Positions 43,551 to 52,692 are shown, counted from the stretch's first letter. The stretch is DNA of 64,000 nt from an uncultured Clostridia bacterium (GCA_947624445.1 CANQKF010000007.1:1782-65781), one strand, 5' to 3'. Notes: a model not told the origin generated them from the sequence alone. Numbers and translations are program-made.

Positions 43551-44102
43551 ATGACGGAAAAGGAAAAGCTGCATGCGGGGCTATTATATAAGGTAGACGA
43601 CGAGCTCCGCGCCGAGCTCGCGGCGTGCAAGAAAAAGTGCGTCGAATACAACACCACCCCGCGCGAAGATCTCCAAAAGCGCGAGGCGATCATGCGCTCC
43701 ATCCTCGGCAAGTGCGGCAAGAATTTCGGCGTCGAGAGCAACGTGTGGTTCGATTACGGCTACAACACCGAGGTCGGCGAGAACTTCTACGCCAATCACG
43801 ACTGCGTGTTCCTCGATACGGGCAAGCTCACCTTCGGCGACAACGTGTTCATCGCGCCGCAGTGCGGTTTCTACACGGCGGGGCACCCGCTCGACGCCGC
43901 CACGCGCGACGCCCAGCTCGAATTCGCCAAGCCCATCCGCGTGGGCAACTCGGTGTGGTTCGGCGGCGGGGTACGCGTTCTCCCCGGGGTGACGATCGGC
44001 GACAACGTGGTCATCGGCGCGGGAAGCGTCGTCGTGCACGATATTCCCTCGAACAGTGTGGCGGTGGGAAACCCCGCGCGGGTCATCAAGAAACTGCCTT
44101 GA
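43551..44102 (+). CDS. Maltose/galactoside O-acetyltransferase family (hexapeptide transferase)
   Basis: ATG 43551 follows GGAAAGGGAGAAAATCATC. N-terminal Mac domain (KEKLHAGLLY) and left-handed beta-helix repeats. Confidence 0.85.
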   Translation: MTEKEKLHAGLLYKVDDELRAELAACKKKCVEYNTTPREDLQKREAIMRSILGKCGKNFGVESNVWFDYGYNTEVGENFYANHDCVFLDTGKLTFGDNVFIAPQCGFYTAGHPLDAATRDAQLEFAKPIRVGNSVWFGGGVRVLPGVTIGDNVVIGAGSVVVHDIPSNSVAVGNPARVIKKLP

Positions 44103-44104
44103 AC

Positions 44105-44289
44105 TTGCGAACTGCGGATAAGCGGCGCAATACGGCGTCGAACTGCGCTTTCCTACTTCGCACTACGTGCTCGTGCCGAGCTTAGTGCACAAATAGAAGC
44201 TGCGCTCGGGGCGCGTTCGTTCAGGATAACGGGGGCTACGAACTTCGTAACGCCGCTTCGGCTCAGGATGACGGGAAACAAAAAGCCGC
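44105..44289 (+). repeat. Mosaic intergenic repeat cluster R3
   Basis: Contains GCGAACTGCGGATAAGCGGCGCAATAC; CCTACTTCGCACTACGTGCTCGTGCCGAGCTTAGTGCACAAATAGAAGCTGCGCTCGGGG; and CGAACTTCGTAACGCCGCTTCGGCTCAGGATGACGGGAAACAAAAAGCCGC (the last shared with R4). Confidence 0.9.
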
Positions 44290-44467
44290 AAATCCTCCAA
44301 CTCAAGCCCTACCTGCATTGGGGAAAGCGTGATCGCAAAGCATGGCGCGATCGGGGCGCCCGTCAGTTCGGCGGGGCGCAGTCCGCGTTTGGGGCGGATT
44401 CCCCCGCCAAAGACGGAAAATATTTATGTTTTTCGGAAAAAATCTTAAAATCCAAACGCAAAACAGC

Positions 44468-44496
44468 TTGACGGAAGTTTTCGGAGGTCCTATAAT
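44468..44496 (+). promoter_or_regulatory. Sigma-A-type promoter of rplM-rpsI
   Basis: TTGACG, a 17-nt spacer, then TATAAT. Confidence 0.7.
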
Positions 44497-44502
44497 AAAG
44501 AG

Positions 44503-44602
44503 GTAGTCGGCGCATGAGAGGCAGAACCGCTCGCCCCGGGCGGACCCAAAAAGGAGCCGACGCAACAAAGTTGCTGCCTTCATACAAATAAGGAGTACGG
44601 AT
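44503..44602 (+). promoter_or_regulatory. Structured 5' leader of rplM (L13-leader-like)
   Basis: The 100-nt leader has long-range pairings GTCGGC/GCCGAC and GGCAG/CTGCC and a central GC hairpin (CCGC...GCGG). Ribosomal-protein autoregulatory leaders occur at this position in Firmicutes. Confidence 0.45.
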
Positions 44603-45034
44603 ATGAAAACCTATATGGCAAGCGCGCAAACGGTTGAGAGAAAGTGGTATGTCGTCGATGCGGACGGGATCCCTCTCGGTCGGCTTGCGTCGAAAGTCGC
44701 GGCGATCCTGCGCGGGAAGAATAAGCCCACCTTCACCCCCAACGTCGATACGGGCGATTTTGTGATCATCATCAACAGCGATAAGGCACTGCTCACGGGC
44801 AAGAAGCTCGAGAACAAATTTTATCGCTATCACACGGGCTACATCGGCGGTCTCAAGGAGATCCCCTACGGAAAGATGATGGCGGAGCGCAGCGACGTCG
44901 CCGTCTACGAGGCCGTCCGCGGGATGCTTCCCAAGAACTCGCTCGGAAGAACGATGATCAAGAAGCTGCGCGTCTACAAGGGCGCGGAGCACAAGCACGA
45001 GGCGCAGAAGCCCGAAGTGCTCAAATTATTTTAA
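44603..45034 (+). CDS. rplM: 50S ribosomal protein L13
   Basis: [26 protein letters not shown]. Confidence 0.95.
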   Translation: MKTYMASAQTVERKWYVVDADGIPLGRLASKVAAILRGKNKPTFTPNVDTGDFVIIINSDKALLTGKKLENKFYRYHTGYIGGLKEIPYGKMMAERSDVAVYEAVRGMLPKNSLGRTMIKKLRVYKGAEHKHEAQKPEVLKLF

Positions 45035-45050
45035 GGTGAGGGGATAAGAT

Positions 45051-45464
45051 ATGGCGAAAACGACGATCAAGAAGAAGCTGCAGTTCTGGGGAACGGGCAG
45101 AAGAAAGAAGGCCATCGCACGCGTGCGCTTGATTCCGGGCGGCACGGGCGCGATCGTCATCAACGACCGCACTCTCGAGGACTACTTCCCCCAGGGGACG
45201 ACGCAGTATGTCGTGAAACAACCCCTTGCCGAGATCGGCGCCGAAGGGAAATACGATATCTTCGTTAACGTCATCGGCGGCGGCTACACGGGCCAGGCGG
45301 GCGCCATCCGCCTCGGCATCTCGAGGGCCCTGCTCGAAGCGGAACCCGAGACGCGCCCCGCGCTCAAGAAGGCGGGCTTCCTCACGAGAGATCCCCGCGT
45401 CAAAGAGAGAAAGAAATACGGCCTCAAGAAAGCACGCAGAGCGCCGCAGTTCTCCAAGAGATGA
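45051..45464 (+). CDS. rpsI: 30S ribosomal protein S9
   Basis: [19 protein letters not shown] and the C-terminal [17 protein letters not shown]. Confidence 0.95.
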   Translation: MAKTTIKKKLQFWGTGRRKKAIARVRLIPGGTGAIVINDRTLEDYFPQGTTQYVVKQPLAEIGAEGKYDIFVNVIGGGYTGQAGAIRLGISRALLEAEPETRPALKKAGFLTRDPRVKERKKYGLKKARRAPQFSKR

Positions 45465-45470
45465 TCGAAA

Positions 45471-45496
45471 ACCGACCCACGCGGGTCGGTTTTTTG
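45471..45496 (+). terminator. Intrinsic terminator
   Basis: ACCGACCC-acgc-GGGTCGGT followed by T5. Confidence 0.85.
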
Positions 45497-45521
45497 CAAG
45501 AACGGCAAAGGAGAGAACGCC

Positions 45522-46337
45522 ATGCAGTATGAAACGGTCGATCTGTACCGCGCATTTTCGCTTCCGCGCGGGGGAGACGGGGGGAAGCTCACCGTCTTTG
45601 CGCGCAGCGTGAATCCCGAGAACCCGCCCAAGCTCCGCCCGGCGGCGCTCGTCATCCCGGGCGGCGGCTACAACATGGTCTCCTTCCGCGAGGGGGAGCC
45701 CATCGCGATCCCGCTGCTTTCGGCGGGGTACGCTGTATTTGTTCTCGAATATTCGGTGCGCCGCGCCTATCCCGTCCCCCTCACGGAGGCGTTGCTCGCG
45801 ATGCGCTACATCCGCGAAAACGCGGCGCGCTTCGGCGTGGACGGGGCGCATGTCGCCGCGTTCGGCTTCTCGGCGGGCGGGCACCTCTTGGGGCTGCTCG
45901 CGACGGCGACGGAGGAGGAACTTCTCGCCTGCGGGGGCGGACGGCCCGACGCCGCGGTGTTCGGCTATCCCGTCGTCACGACGGCGGAGTTCACCCACGA
46001 GGATACCGCCGCCACGATCTCGGGGGGCGACGGCGCGCTGCGCAGCGCGCTCTCCGTGGAAAAGCGGGTCACCGAAAAAACGCCGCCCTGCTTCATCTGG
46101 CACACCATGCAGGACGGGCTTGTCCCCGTCGAAAATTCGCTGCTGCTCGCCGCCGCGTGCAGGCAGGCGGGCGTGCCCTTCGCGCTGCACATCTTCGAGC
46201 AGGGCGGGCACGGGCTGAGCGTCGCGACGGTGGAGACGGCGGACTACGCGGGCGCCGCGGGCGACAACGCGAACGTGCGCGTCTGGTTCGATCTCGCGCT
46301 CGCGTGGCTCAAACTCCGCGGGTTTGCGGTCGTCTGA
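45522..46337 (+). CDS. Alpha/beta hydrolase (esterase/lipase-type)
   Basis: VIPGGGY oxyanion region and the nucleophile elbow GFSAGGH. Confidence 0.8.
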   Translation: MQYETVDLYRAFSLPRGGDGGKLTVFARSVNPENPPKLRPAALVIPGGGYNMVSFREGEPIAIPLLSAGYAVFVLEYSVRRAYPVPLTEALLAMRYIRENAARFGVDGAHVAAFGFSAGGHLLGLLATATEEELLACGGGRPDAAVFGYPVVTTAEFTHEDTAATISGGDGALRSALSVEKRVTEKTPPCFIWHTMQDGLVPVENSLLLAAACRQAGVPFALHIFEQGGHGLSVATVETADYAGAAGDNANVRVWFDLALAWLKLRGFAVV

Positions 46338-46544
46338 CTATTTTTTGACGCGGCGGCTCGTCTCGTCGTGGCGGGCGAGGAAGCCGCCGACCGCCGTGCC
46401 TCCCTCGGGGTCGCGGCGCACCTCTTCGCCGTAGGCGGGGGCGTCGAAGGCGGCGTCGGGCGTGCGCTTTTGCTCTGCGGGCGGGGCGGATTCCGTCATC
46501 GCGGCGAGCGCGTCGAGCAGTTCGAAGATGCCGAATTTTTCCAT
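46338..46544 (-). CDS. Small hypothetical protein (68 aa)
   Basis: ATG 46544 follows AAAAAGGAGCTCT. MEKFGIFELLDALAAMTESAPP... No family recognised. Confidence 0.45.
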   Translation of the reverse strand: MEKFGIFELLDALAAMTESAPPAEQKRTPDAAFDAPAYGEEVRRDPEGGTAVGGFLARHDETSRRVKK

Positions 46545-46729
46545 AGAGCTCCTTTTTTGGGGGCAAATCGCCCCGCGGCGTCGGAAAATCGCGCCCAATG
46601 CGCAAATTTTCTAAAAGAAAACGCGGAAGGAACGCAACTTTTGATTGCCAAACGCCTCATTTTAGTTTATAATAGTTGTTGTATCTTTTAGAACGGAGAA
46701 AACTCCGAATACGGAAAGGTCATACGGAT

Positions 46730-48976
46730 ATGCGGAAATCGATCAAGAAAATTTTTGCGGTCGCTTCGGCGGCGGCGCTTGCAGCGGGCACGCTGGCGCT
46801 CGCTTCGTGCGGAAGCTCTTTCACCGCGCCCACGGGCTTGCCCGAACAGTATGAGCAAGTCTCCTCCAACGGCGGGTTCGTCGTTTCGGTCGGGAACTAC
46901 TACTACTTCATCAACGGCGTCGAGACGTACACGTCCGACAACACTTACGGCGCACCCGTCAAGGGCGCCCTCATGCGCGTGAAGAAGTCCGAGCTCGCCG
47001 AGAACAACTCCGAGACGGTCGTCCCCTCCCTCATGGTGGCGGGCGATCACACCGCGGGCATCTATGTCTATGGCGACAGAGTGTACTACGCCACGCCCAC
47101 GAACATCAAGAACACGTCGGGCGTCGTCGAAAACACCTATCTCGACTTCGCGAGCGCCAAGCTCGACGGGACGGACGTCAAGACGCACTTCCGCGTCGCG
47201 ACGAACACCGTGCCCTACCGCTATGTCGAGGTGGACGGCACCGTCTACGTGCTCTACGTCGAGGGGAGCTCGAGCTTCAAGCTCCACTCCTACAACCTCA
47301 AGACGGATACCGATACCACGCTCGCCGAGAACGTGACGAAATACGTGTTCAACACGACGGACGGCTCCGACAGCGCGGAGGATCCCGATCCGTGGATCTA
47401 CTACACGATGGGCGTCACCGAGAACATCGGCACGGAGGGCGCCCGCAACGCGTCGTATAACCAGATCTACCGCGTCCGCGCCGACGCGACCGAAGTCCCC
47501 GCGGGCTACGAGTACGGCGAGGACGACTTCTGGGATATGGACTATATCAAGGAAGAACTCAACGGGGTGATCCCCTATGTGAACCTCGGCGAGCTCGTGG
47601 TCGACGGGCGGGGCTACCGCAGTCCCAAGACGCCCTTCAGCCACAGCGACAGCGAGCCTTCCGCGCCCTTCGGCTACACCTATACGTTGCAGTCCTATGA
47701 GAACGGCGGCATCTACTTCACCCGCACCCAGATCTCGACGGGCACCAACACGACGGGCACCAACGGCACGCTCTACTATCTCGGGCTCGAAGGGGCGGCG
47801 GACAGCGTGAAGGCGAACGATGCGCTCGCGGTCGTCGCGAACTCTTCGGACGCCTCCGCCAAGGCGACGGCTTCGGCGATGTTCTATCTCGACGAAGCGG
47901 GCAACCACCACTATCTCTATGTGAAGGATTCGAGCATCTACCGCGTCGACGTCGCCAAGAACGGCACCGCGACCGAGCTCGAGGTCGCCTACGACATCGG
48001 CAGCGCGACCCTTCTCTACCGCGACGACGCCTCCGACGACGTATACGACTATGTCTATTTCACCCGTAGCAACGGCAACGGCACTTCCGTCGAGCGCGCC
48101 GTCTACAACGGCGACGCCGAGGACTACCGCAACCTCACCTTCACCTCGCCCGACGGCGCCAACCGCGGGAACGAGGCATACCGCTCCGTCAAGCTGCTCA
48201 ATCTCCAGCATACGACCGATTGGTATAACTACGAGGTCATCGGCGGCAATGTGTTCTATGCCGACGCCGAGACGTTCGCAAGCGTCGCCTATCCCTATAT
48301 CAGCGTGGCGTCCGTCAACAATCCCGACGGCTCGCTGATGGACAACCCCGAGATCGAAGCACTCAACGACAAATACGAGGCGATGACCGACGTCAACGCC
48401 AAGACGGGGTATCTCTCCAAGCTCAACGACGAGGGCAACAACAAGCTCTCCGCCGCGATCAAATACTTCTACTACACGGGCGAGACGAAGCAGTTCTACG
48501 ACAACATCGCCGACGCCGTGACCGAAGGCAAGAAGGACACCTACCTCTACTCCGAAGCGGAGCAGGCGGCGTTCAAGGCGTTCACCGAGGGCACGGGCGA
48601 CGACGCGGCGAAGTTCAAGGACAGCGCGGGCAAATCCTATGCCACGTATTCCTACTTCCGCACGCAGCTCGGCAAGATGAGCGAGGCGGACCGCACCGAA
48701 TACGAGAACTATTGGAAGAACACGGGCCTCCAGCGCTACACCCCGCCCGCAGCGGAGGAGACGGGGCTCGCATGGTGGGCATGGATGCTCATCGGCATCG
48801 CGATCGCCGTCGTTGTCGCAGCGGCCGCATGCGTGACGTGCGTGCTGCTCAAGAAGCGCGCCAAGAAGAAAGGGCCCAAGCAGGAGAAACCGCACGTCGA
48901 CACGCGCGACGACGACAAGGATATCGACGTCTACGCCGTGGAGCCGACCGAGACCGACGGCCCCGAGGAAAAGTAA
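46730..48976 (+). CDS. Large surface protein with an N-terminal lipobox and a C-terminal TM anchor (748 aa)
   Basis: ATG 46730. MRKSIKKIFAVASAAALAAGTLALASCGS. Recurrent G-N/D-x-x-Y-Y/F motifs suggest a beta-propeller. The C-terminal WWAWMLIGIAIAVVVAAAACVTCVLL is followed by a basic then acidic tail. Confidence 0.7.
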   Translation: MRKSIKKIFAVASAAALAAGTLALASCGSSFTAPTGLPEQYEQVSSNGGFVVSVGNYYYFINGVETYTSDNTYGAPVKGALMRVKKSELAENNSETVVPSLMVAGDHTAGIYVYGDRVYYATPTNIKNTSGVVENTYLDFASAKLDGTDVKTHFRVATNTVPYRYVEVDGTVYVLYVEGSSSFKLHSYNLKTDTDTTLAENVTKYVFNTTDGSDSAEDPDPWIYYTMGVTENIGTEGARNASYNQIYRVRADATEVPAGYEYGEDDFWDMDYIKEELNGVIPYVNLGELVVDGRGYRSPKTPFSHSDSEPSAPFGYTYTLQSYENGGIYFTRTQISTGTNTTGTNGTLYYLGLEGAADSVKANDALAVVANSSDASAKATASAMFYLDEAGNHHYLYVKDSSIYRVDVAKNGTATELEVAYDIGSATLLYRDDASDDVYDYVYFTRSNGNGTSVERAVYNGDAEDYRNLTFTSPDGANRGNEAYRSVKLLNLQHTTDWYNYEVIGGNVFYADAETFASVAYPYISVASVNNPDGSLMDNPEIEALNDKYEAMTDVNAKTGYLSKLNDEGNNKLSAAIKYFYYTGETKQFYDNIADAVTEGKKDTYLYSEAEQAAFKAFTEGTGDDAAKFKDSAGKSYATYSYFRTQLGKMSEADRTEYENYWKNTGLQRYTPPAAEETGLAWWAWMLIGIAIAVVVAAAACVTCVLLKKRAKKKGPKQEKPHVDTRDDDKDIDVYAVEPTETDGPEEK

Positions 48977-48998
48977 GCGCGGAAAAAAACCGAACAAA

Positions 48999-49022
48999 AG
49001 CCACCCTGCGGGGTGGCTTTTT
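48999..49022 (+). terminator. Intrinsic terminator
   Basis: AGCCACCC-tgcg-GGGTGGCT followed by T4. Confidence 0.8.
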
Positions 49023-49146
49023 CAAGCGGCGCGGAAAAATTTTCCCGAAAATGCAGAATTTTTTTGCAAAACGTACGGAAAATCAGTTTACAAAAGAAAT
49101 AATTCGTAATATTATTTATTAGCCCGTAAGGTACGGAGGAGCGAAT

Positions 49147-49641
49147 ATGATCAGATACATCAAGTGTCCGCGCTGCGAACTCAACTATATCGACGCGGAA
49201 AAACAGGAATATTGCGACGTCTGCCTCAACGAGATGAAGGGGATCGCGAGCGACCCCTTCGACATCGAGGAGCCCGAGGAGGTCGCCACCGAACTCTGTC
49301 CCGTCTGCGGCGAGAACATGATGCGCCCAGGCGAGAAAATGTGCGAGGAATGCCGCAAGAAGGCGGAGTACGAGGAAGAGGAGCCCGATCCCGAAGAGGA
49401 CGACGAGTGGCGCGAATACCTCGACGACGACACCGACGCGGACCTCGACTCCGAGATCGGGGAGATCGACGAGACCTTCGATGAGGAATTCGACGACGAG
49501 GAACAGGAAGAGGAAACCTACGAAGGGGACGACGAAGAAGAGGATCTCGAATATGTCACGGGCGACGAGATCTATTCCCTCGGCGGCGACGACGATGACG
49601 ACGACGATGACGACGAGGACGATGGGGGAGATGATTTTTGA
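49147..49641 (+). CDS. Acidic double zinc-ribbon protein with a poly-Asp tail
   Basis: CPRC...CDVC and CPVC...CEEC pairs. The C-terminal half is almost entirely Asp/Glu and ends GGDDDDDDDDDEDDGGDDF. Confidence 0.65.
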   Translation: MIRYIKCPRCELNYIDAEKQEYCDVCLNEMKGIASDPFDIEEPEEVATELCPVCGENMMRPGEKMCEECRKKAEYEEEEPDPEEDDEWREYLDDDTDADLDSEIGEIDETFDEEFDDEEQEEETYEGDDEEEDLEYVTGDEIYSLGGDDDDDDDDDEDDGGDDF

Positions 49642-49643
49642 GG

Positions 49644-49672
49644 ATCGGGGTGCGAGTCACCCCGATTTTTTA
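49644..49672 (+). terminator. Intrinsic terminator
   Basis: ATCGGGGTG-cgagt-CACCCCGAT followed by T6. Confidence 0.85.
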
Positions 49673-49684
49673 TAGCGTGTGTCT

Positions 49685-50110
49685 GGACTTCGTAGTGGCG
49701 AACTGCAGATAAGCGGCGCATAAAGTAGACCTTTCTAATTTGTCATGTCGACCGAAGGCGTAGCCGAAGTGGAGACATCTCTAATTTGTCATGTCGAGCG
49801 TAGTCGAGACATCTCTACCTTATTTCTACTTCGCCTACGGCTCGTGCCGAGCTTTGTGCACAAATAGAAGCCGCGCTCGGGACACCATGTCATTCAGAGG
49901 GGGCGCAGCCCCCGAAGAATCCCGCTGGTCGATGTTGGAATTTGGACTTCGTACCTCGGGGTCCTTCGCAGATGGTTTTTTTCGAACTTCGAAACGCCGC
50001 TTCGGCTCAGGATGACAGGAAAACAAAAAGCCGTGCGCGGGGCACATTCGTTCAGGATGACGTGGAAACGAAAAGCCGTGCGCTCCTCGTTTTGCTTGTT
50101 TCTCCGCAAT
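49685..50110 (+). repeat. Mosaic intergenic repeat cluster R4
   Basis: Contains every module type: GGACTTCGTAGTGGCGAACTGCAGATAAGCGGCGCATAA; two copies of TTTGTCATGTCGA(C/G)CG...GAGACATCTCTA; the CTACTTCGCC...GCGCTCGGG core; TCATTCAGAGGGGGCGCAGCCCCCGAAGAATCCC; GGACTTCGTACCTCGGGG; CTTCGAAACGCCGCTTCGGCTCAGGATGAC; and GCGCTCCTCGTTTTGCTTGTTTCTCCGCAA. Confidence 0.9.
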
Positions 50111-50276
50111 GGCTCTCTCTATTCGCGGCACCCTGTGGTCGTTTTTTTGCAGTCGTACGGCCACAACGCACCTCCTTTCCGCTCCCCATAAGTTCCCGTC
50201 GTTTAGCGCCGCAGCGGTATTCCGCAGGGCGCGCGCGCATTTCGATTTTCCCACATCAATACCAAGGAGGAACCCC

Positions 50277-51011
50277 ATGGAACTCATCACACGCCTCAAA
50301 AACGCGGTCAAGGCATACGACGACGCGCACAATTTCACCTGCGATCTCTGCGGCAGGGAACTCTTTGCCAACGAGCGCATCTGCGCGCCCTGCCGCAAGG
50401 CGCTCCCGTGGAACGACGGGTGCGTCTGCCCCTTCTGCGGGCGGAAGATCAAGGAAGAGGGGGTGTGCGTCGAGTGCAAGGCGCACCCGATCGGCGTGAA
50501 AAAGGCGCGTTCCGTCTTTGTGCACGAGGGCGACGCGGCGCGGCTCGTGGTGCGGTTCAAGCGCGGCGAAAAATACCTCTACCGCACGATAATCGATACC
50601 ATGGTGCCGCTTTTTGCCGCAGAATTCTCCTTTGTGGAGGGGATCGTCGCCGTGCCGATGACCGAAAAAGCCCAAAAAAGGCGCGGCTACAACCAGGCGC
50701 AGCTGCTCGCCGAAGAGCTCGCCGCGCGGACGGGCGTGCCCTTTCTCGACGTCCTCCGCAAGGAAAAGGAGACCCCCTCGCAGAAGTTTCTCTCCCGCCG
50801 CGACCGCGAAAAGAACCTCTCGGGGTGCTTCCGCGCCGAGCGCGCGCCCGTCAAGGGGAAGAAACTGCTCATCGTGGACGACACCCTCACCACAGGCGCG
50901 ACGATCTCTGCCGTCGCCGCCGCATTGCAGCGCGCCAAGGCAGGGGAGCTCTACGCCCTCACCGTGACGAGCGTGGAAAACAAGACGCCCTTCGGCGCGC
51001 CCGAGGAATAA
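50277..51011 (+). CDS. comFC: ComF family protein (phosphoribosyltransferase-type, ComFC)
   Basis: ATG 50277 follows AAGGAGGAACCCC. N-terminal Cys4 zinc finger, PRT motif KKLLIVDDTLTTGATI. Confidence 0.85.
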   Translation: MELITRLKNAVKAYDDAHNFTCDLCGRELFANERICAPCRKALPWNDGCVCPFCGRKIKEEGVCVECKAHPIGVKKARSVFVHEGDAARLVVRFKRGEKYLYRTIIDTMVPLFAAEFSFVEGIVAVPMTEKAQKRRGYNQAQLLAEELAARTGVPFLDVLRKEKETPSQKFLSRRDREKNLSGCFRAERAPVKGKKLLIVDDTLTTGATISAVAAALQRAKAGELYALTVTSVENKTPFGAPEE

Positions 51012-51136
51012 TCGCTTCGCCCGAAGAATAGAATAAGTTCGGGAACGGGGCAGAAAAAACCGACAAAACCGCCCGCGGTTCGACAAAACTCCTCGCTTCC
51101 CGCCTCCGAAAATATTCTATCATATAGGTGTTTGAA

Positions 51137-51907
51137 ATGCGATTTATCACCATACGTCTCCGCTCGATCGCGCTCGCCGCGGCCATGGCGGGCATTTTGG
51201 CGCTCGGCTGTCTCACGGCGAACGCCGCGGGTGCGGAAGAAGTCTATATGAGCGGCACGCGGTCGCTGCCCATCTACAGCGTCGAGCGGGAGGACGGCAA
51301 AGTCGCGCTCTCCTTCGACTGCGCATGGGGCGTCGACCACACCGACGCCATCCTGAACACGCTCGCGGAGGAGAAGGTGCGCGTCACCTTCTTCACGGTG
51401 CAGTTCTGGACGGAGAAGTACCCCGAATACGTGAAGAAGATCGCGGAAGCGGGGCACGAGATCGGCACCCACAGCGCCACGCATTCCTATATGTCCCGCC
51501 TCAAAGAGACCGAGATCCGCGCCGAGCTCACGTCCTCCTCGGAGGCCATCCAAAAGATCACGGGAAGGCCTGTCGAGCTCTTCCGCCCGCCCTACGGGGA
51601 TTACGACGACCTGCTCATCGACACCGCGAACGCGATGGGGCTTTATCCCATCCAATGGGATGTGGACTCCCTCGACTGGAAGGACCTCAGCGCCTCGGAT
51701 ATCGCCGCGCGCATCGTCGCCCGCGTGAAGAGCGGATCCATCATCCTGATGCACAACAACGGGCTGCACACGGCGGAGGCGTTGCCCATCGTCATCGGCA
51801 CCCTGCGCGCAAACGGCTTCACGTTCGTGCCCATCGGCGAGCTCATCTACCGCGAGAACTACACCATCGACGCGGCGGGGCGGCAGATCCCCAAGGGGAG
51901 CGCATAG
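51137..51907 (+). CDS. Polysaccharide deacetylase family protein (NodB domain, PdaB-like)
   Basis: Signal peptide, then ALSFDCAWG, HEIGTHSATH and FRPPYG. The track start 51128 is GTG; I prefer ATG 51137. Confidence 0.85.
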   Translation: MRFITIRLRSIALAAAMAGILALGCLTANAAGAEEVYMSGTRSLPIYSVEREDGKVALSFDCAWGVDHTDAILNTLAEEKVRVTFFTVQFWTEKYPEYVKKIAEAGHEIGTHSATHSYMSRLKETEIRAELTSSSEAIQKITGRPVELFRPPYGDYDDLLIDTANAMGLYPIQWDVDSLDWKDLSASDIAARIVARVKSGSIILMHNNGLHTAEALPIVIGTLRANGFTFVPIGELIYRENYTIDAAGRQIPKGSA

Positions 51908-51965
51908 CCCGCAAACATGCAAATGACCCGCCCGCAAGGTGCGGAGACGTCCGAAAGGAGGACTT

Positions 51966-52652
51966 ATGGATTACAACCCGGAAAAGAACAACAAGGTCTA
52001 CATTTATGGAGAAATCGTGTCGGAAGCGACCTTCTCGCACGAGGTTTACGGCGAAGGATTTTATGAATTATTCGTACGGGTCCTGCGGCTTTCGGGGCAG
52101 GCGGACATCCTGCCCGTGACGATCTCCGAGCGGCTCATCCGCGGGAACAACCTCACCGTGGGCAGCATGCTCTCCGCCGTGGGGCAGTTCCGCAGCTACA
52201 ACAAGCTCGAGGGGGGCAGGTCCCGCCTCATGCTCACCGTGTTCGTGCGGGAGCTCGTCGAGCCCAGCGCCTCGCGCAATCCCAACGGCATCGTGCTCTC
52301 GGGCTACATCTGCAAGCCGCCCATCTACCGCACCACGCCGTTCAACCGCGAGATCGCCGATCTTCTGCTCGCCGTCAACCGCGCATACAACAAGTCCGAC
52401 TACATCCCCTGCATCGCGTGGGGCCGCAACGCCCGCTTCGTGCAGAACCTCAAAGTGGGGGATCGGGTCGCCCTTTCGGGCAGGATCCAGAGCCGCGAAT
52501 ACCAGAAGCGCCTCTCGGAGACCGAGACCGTCACCATGACGGCGTATGAAGTCTCCATCTCCAAGCTCGCCGCCTTCGACGAAGGGGAGGAGTTCGACGT
52601 CGACGAGGCCTTCGATCTCTACGGCATGCCCTCGGACGGCGCCGCGTCGTAA
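51966..52652 (+). CDS. SSB-like protein with two tandem OB-fold modules and an acidic tail
   Basis: ATG 51966 follows AAAGGAGGACTT. Two similar halves: NKVYIYGEIVSEATFSHEVYGEGFYELFVRVLRLSGQADILPV and NGIVLSGYICKPPIYRTTPFNREIADLLLAVNRAYNKSDYIPC. Ends EGEEFDVDEAFDLYGMP. Confidence 0.55.
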   Translation: MDYNPEKNNKVYIYGEIVSEATFSHEVYGEGFYELFVRVLRLSGQADILPVTISERLIRGNNLTVGSMLSAVGQFRSYNKLEGGRSRLMLTVFVRELVEPSASRNPNGIVLSGYICKPPIYRTTPFNREIADLLLAVNRAYNKSDYIPCIAWGRNARFVQNLKVGDRVALSGRIQSREYQKRLSETETVTMTAYEVSISKLAAFDEGEEFDVDEAFDLYGMPSDGAAS

Positions 52653-52669
52653 ACAGCAAACAGAAAAAA

Positions 52670-52692
52670 ACGGGGCATGTCCCCGTTTTTTT
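52670..52692 (+). terminator. Intrinsic terminator
   Basis: ACGGGGCATGTCCCCGT followed by T7. Confidence 0.85.

Noticed and set aside
46688-48997. 769-aa minus-strand ORF
   Set aside because: It is antisense to the 748-aa surface-protein gene. The composition (V/R/G/D/H/A) is not protein-like, and there is no RBS.
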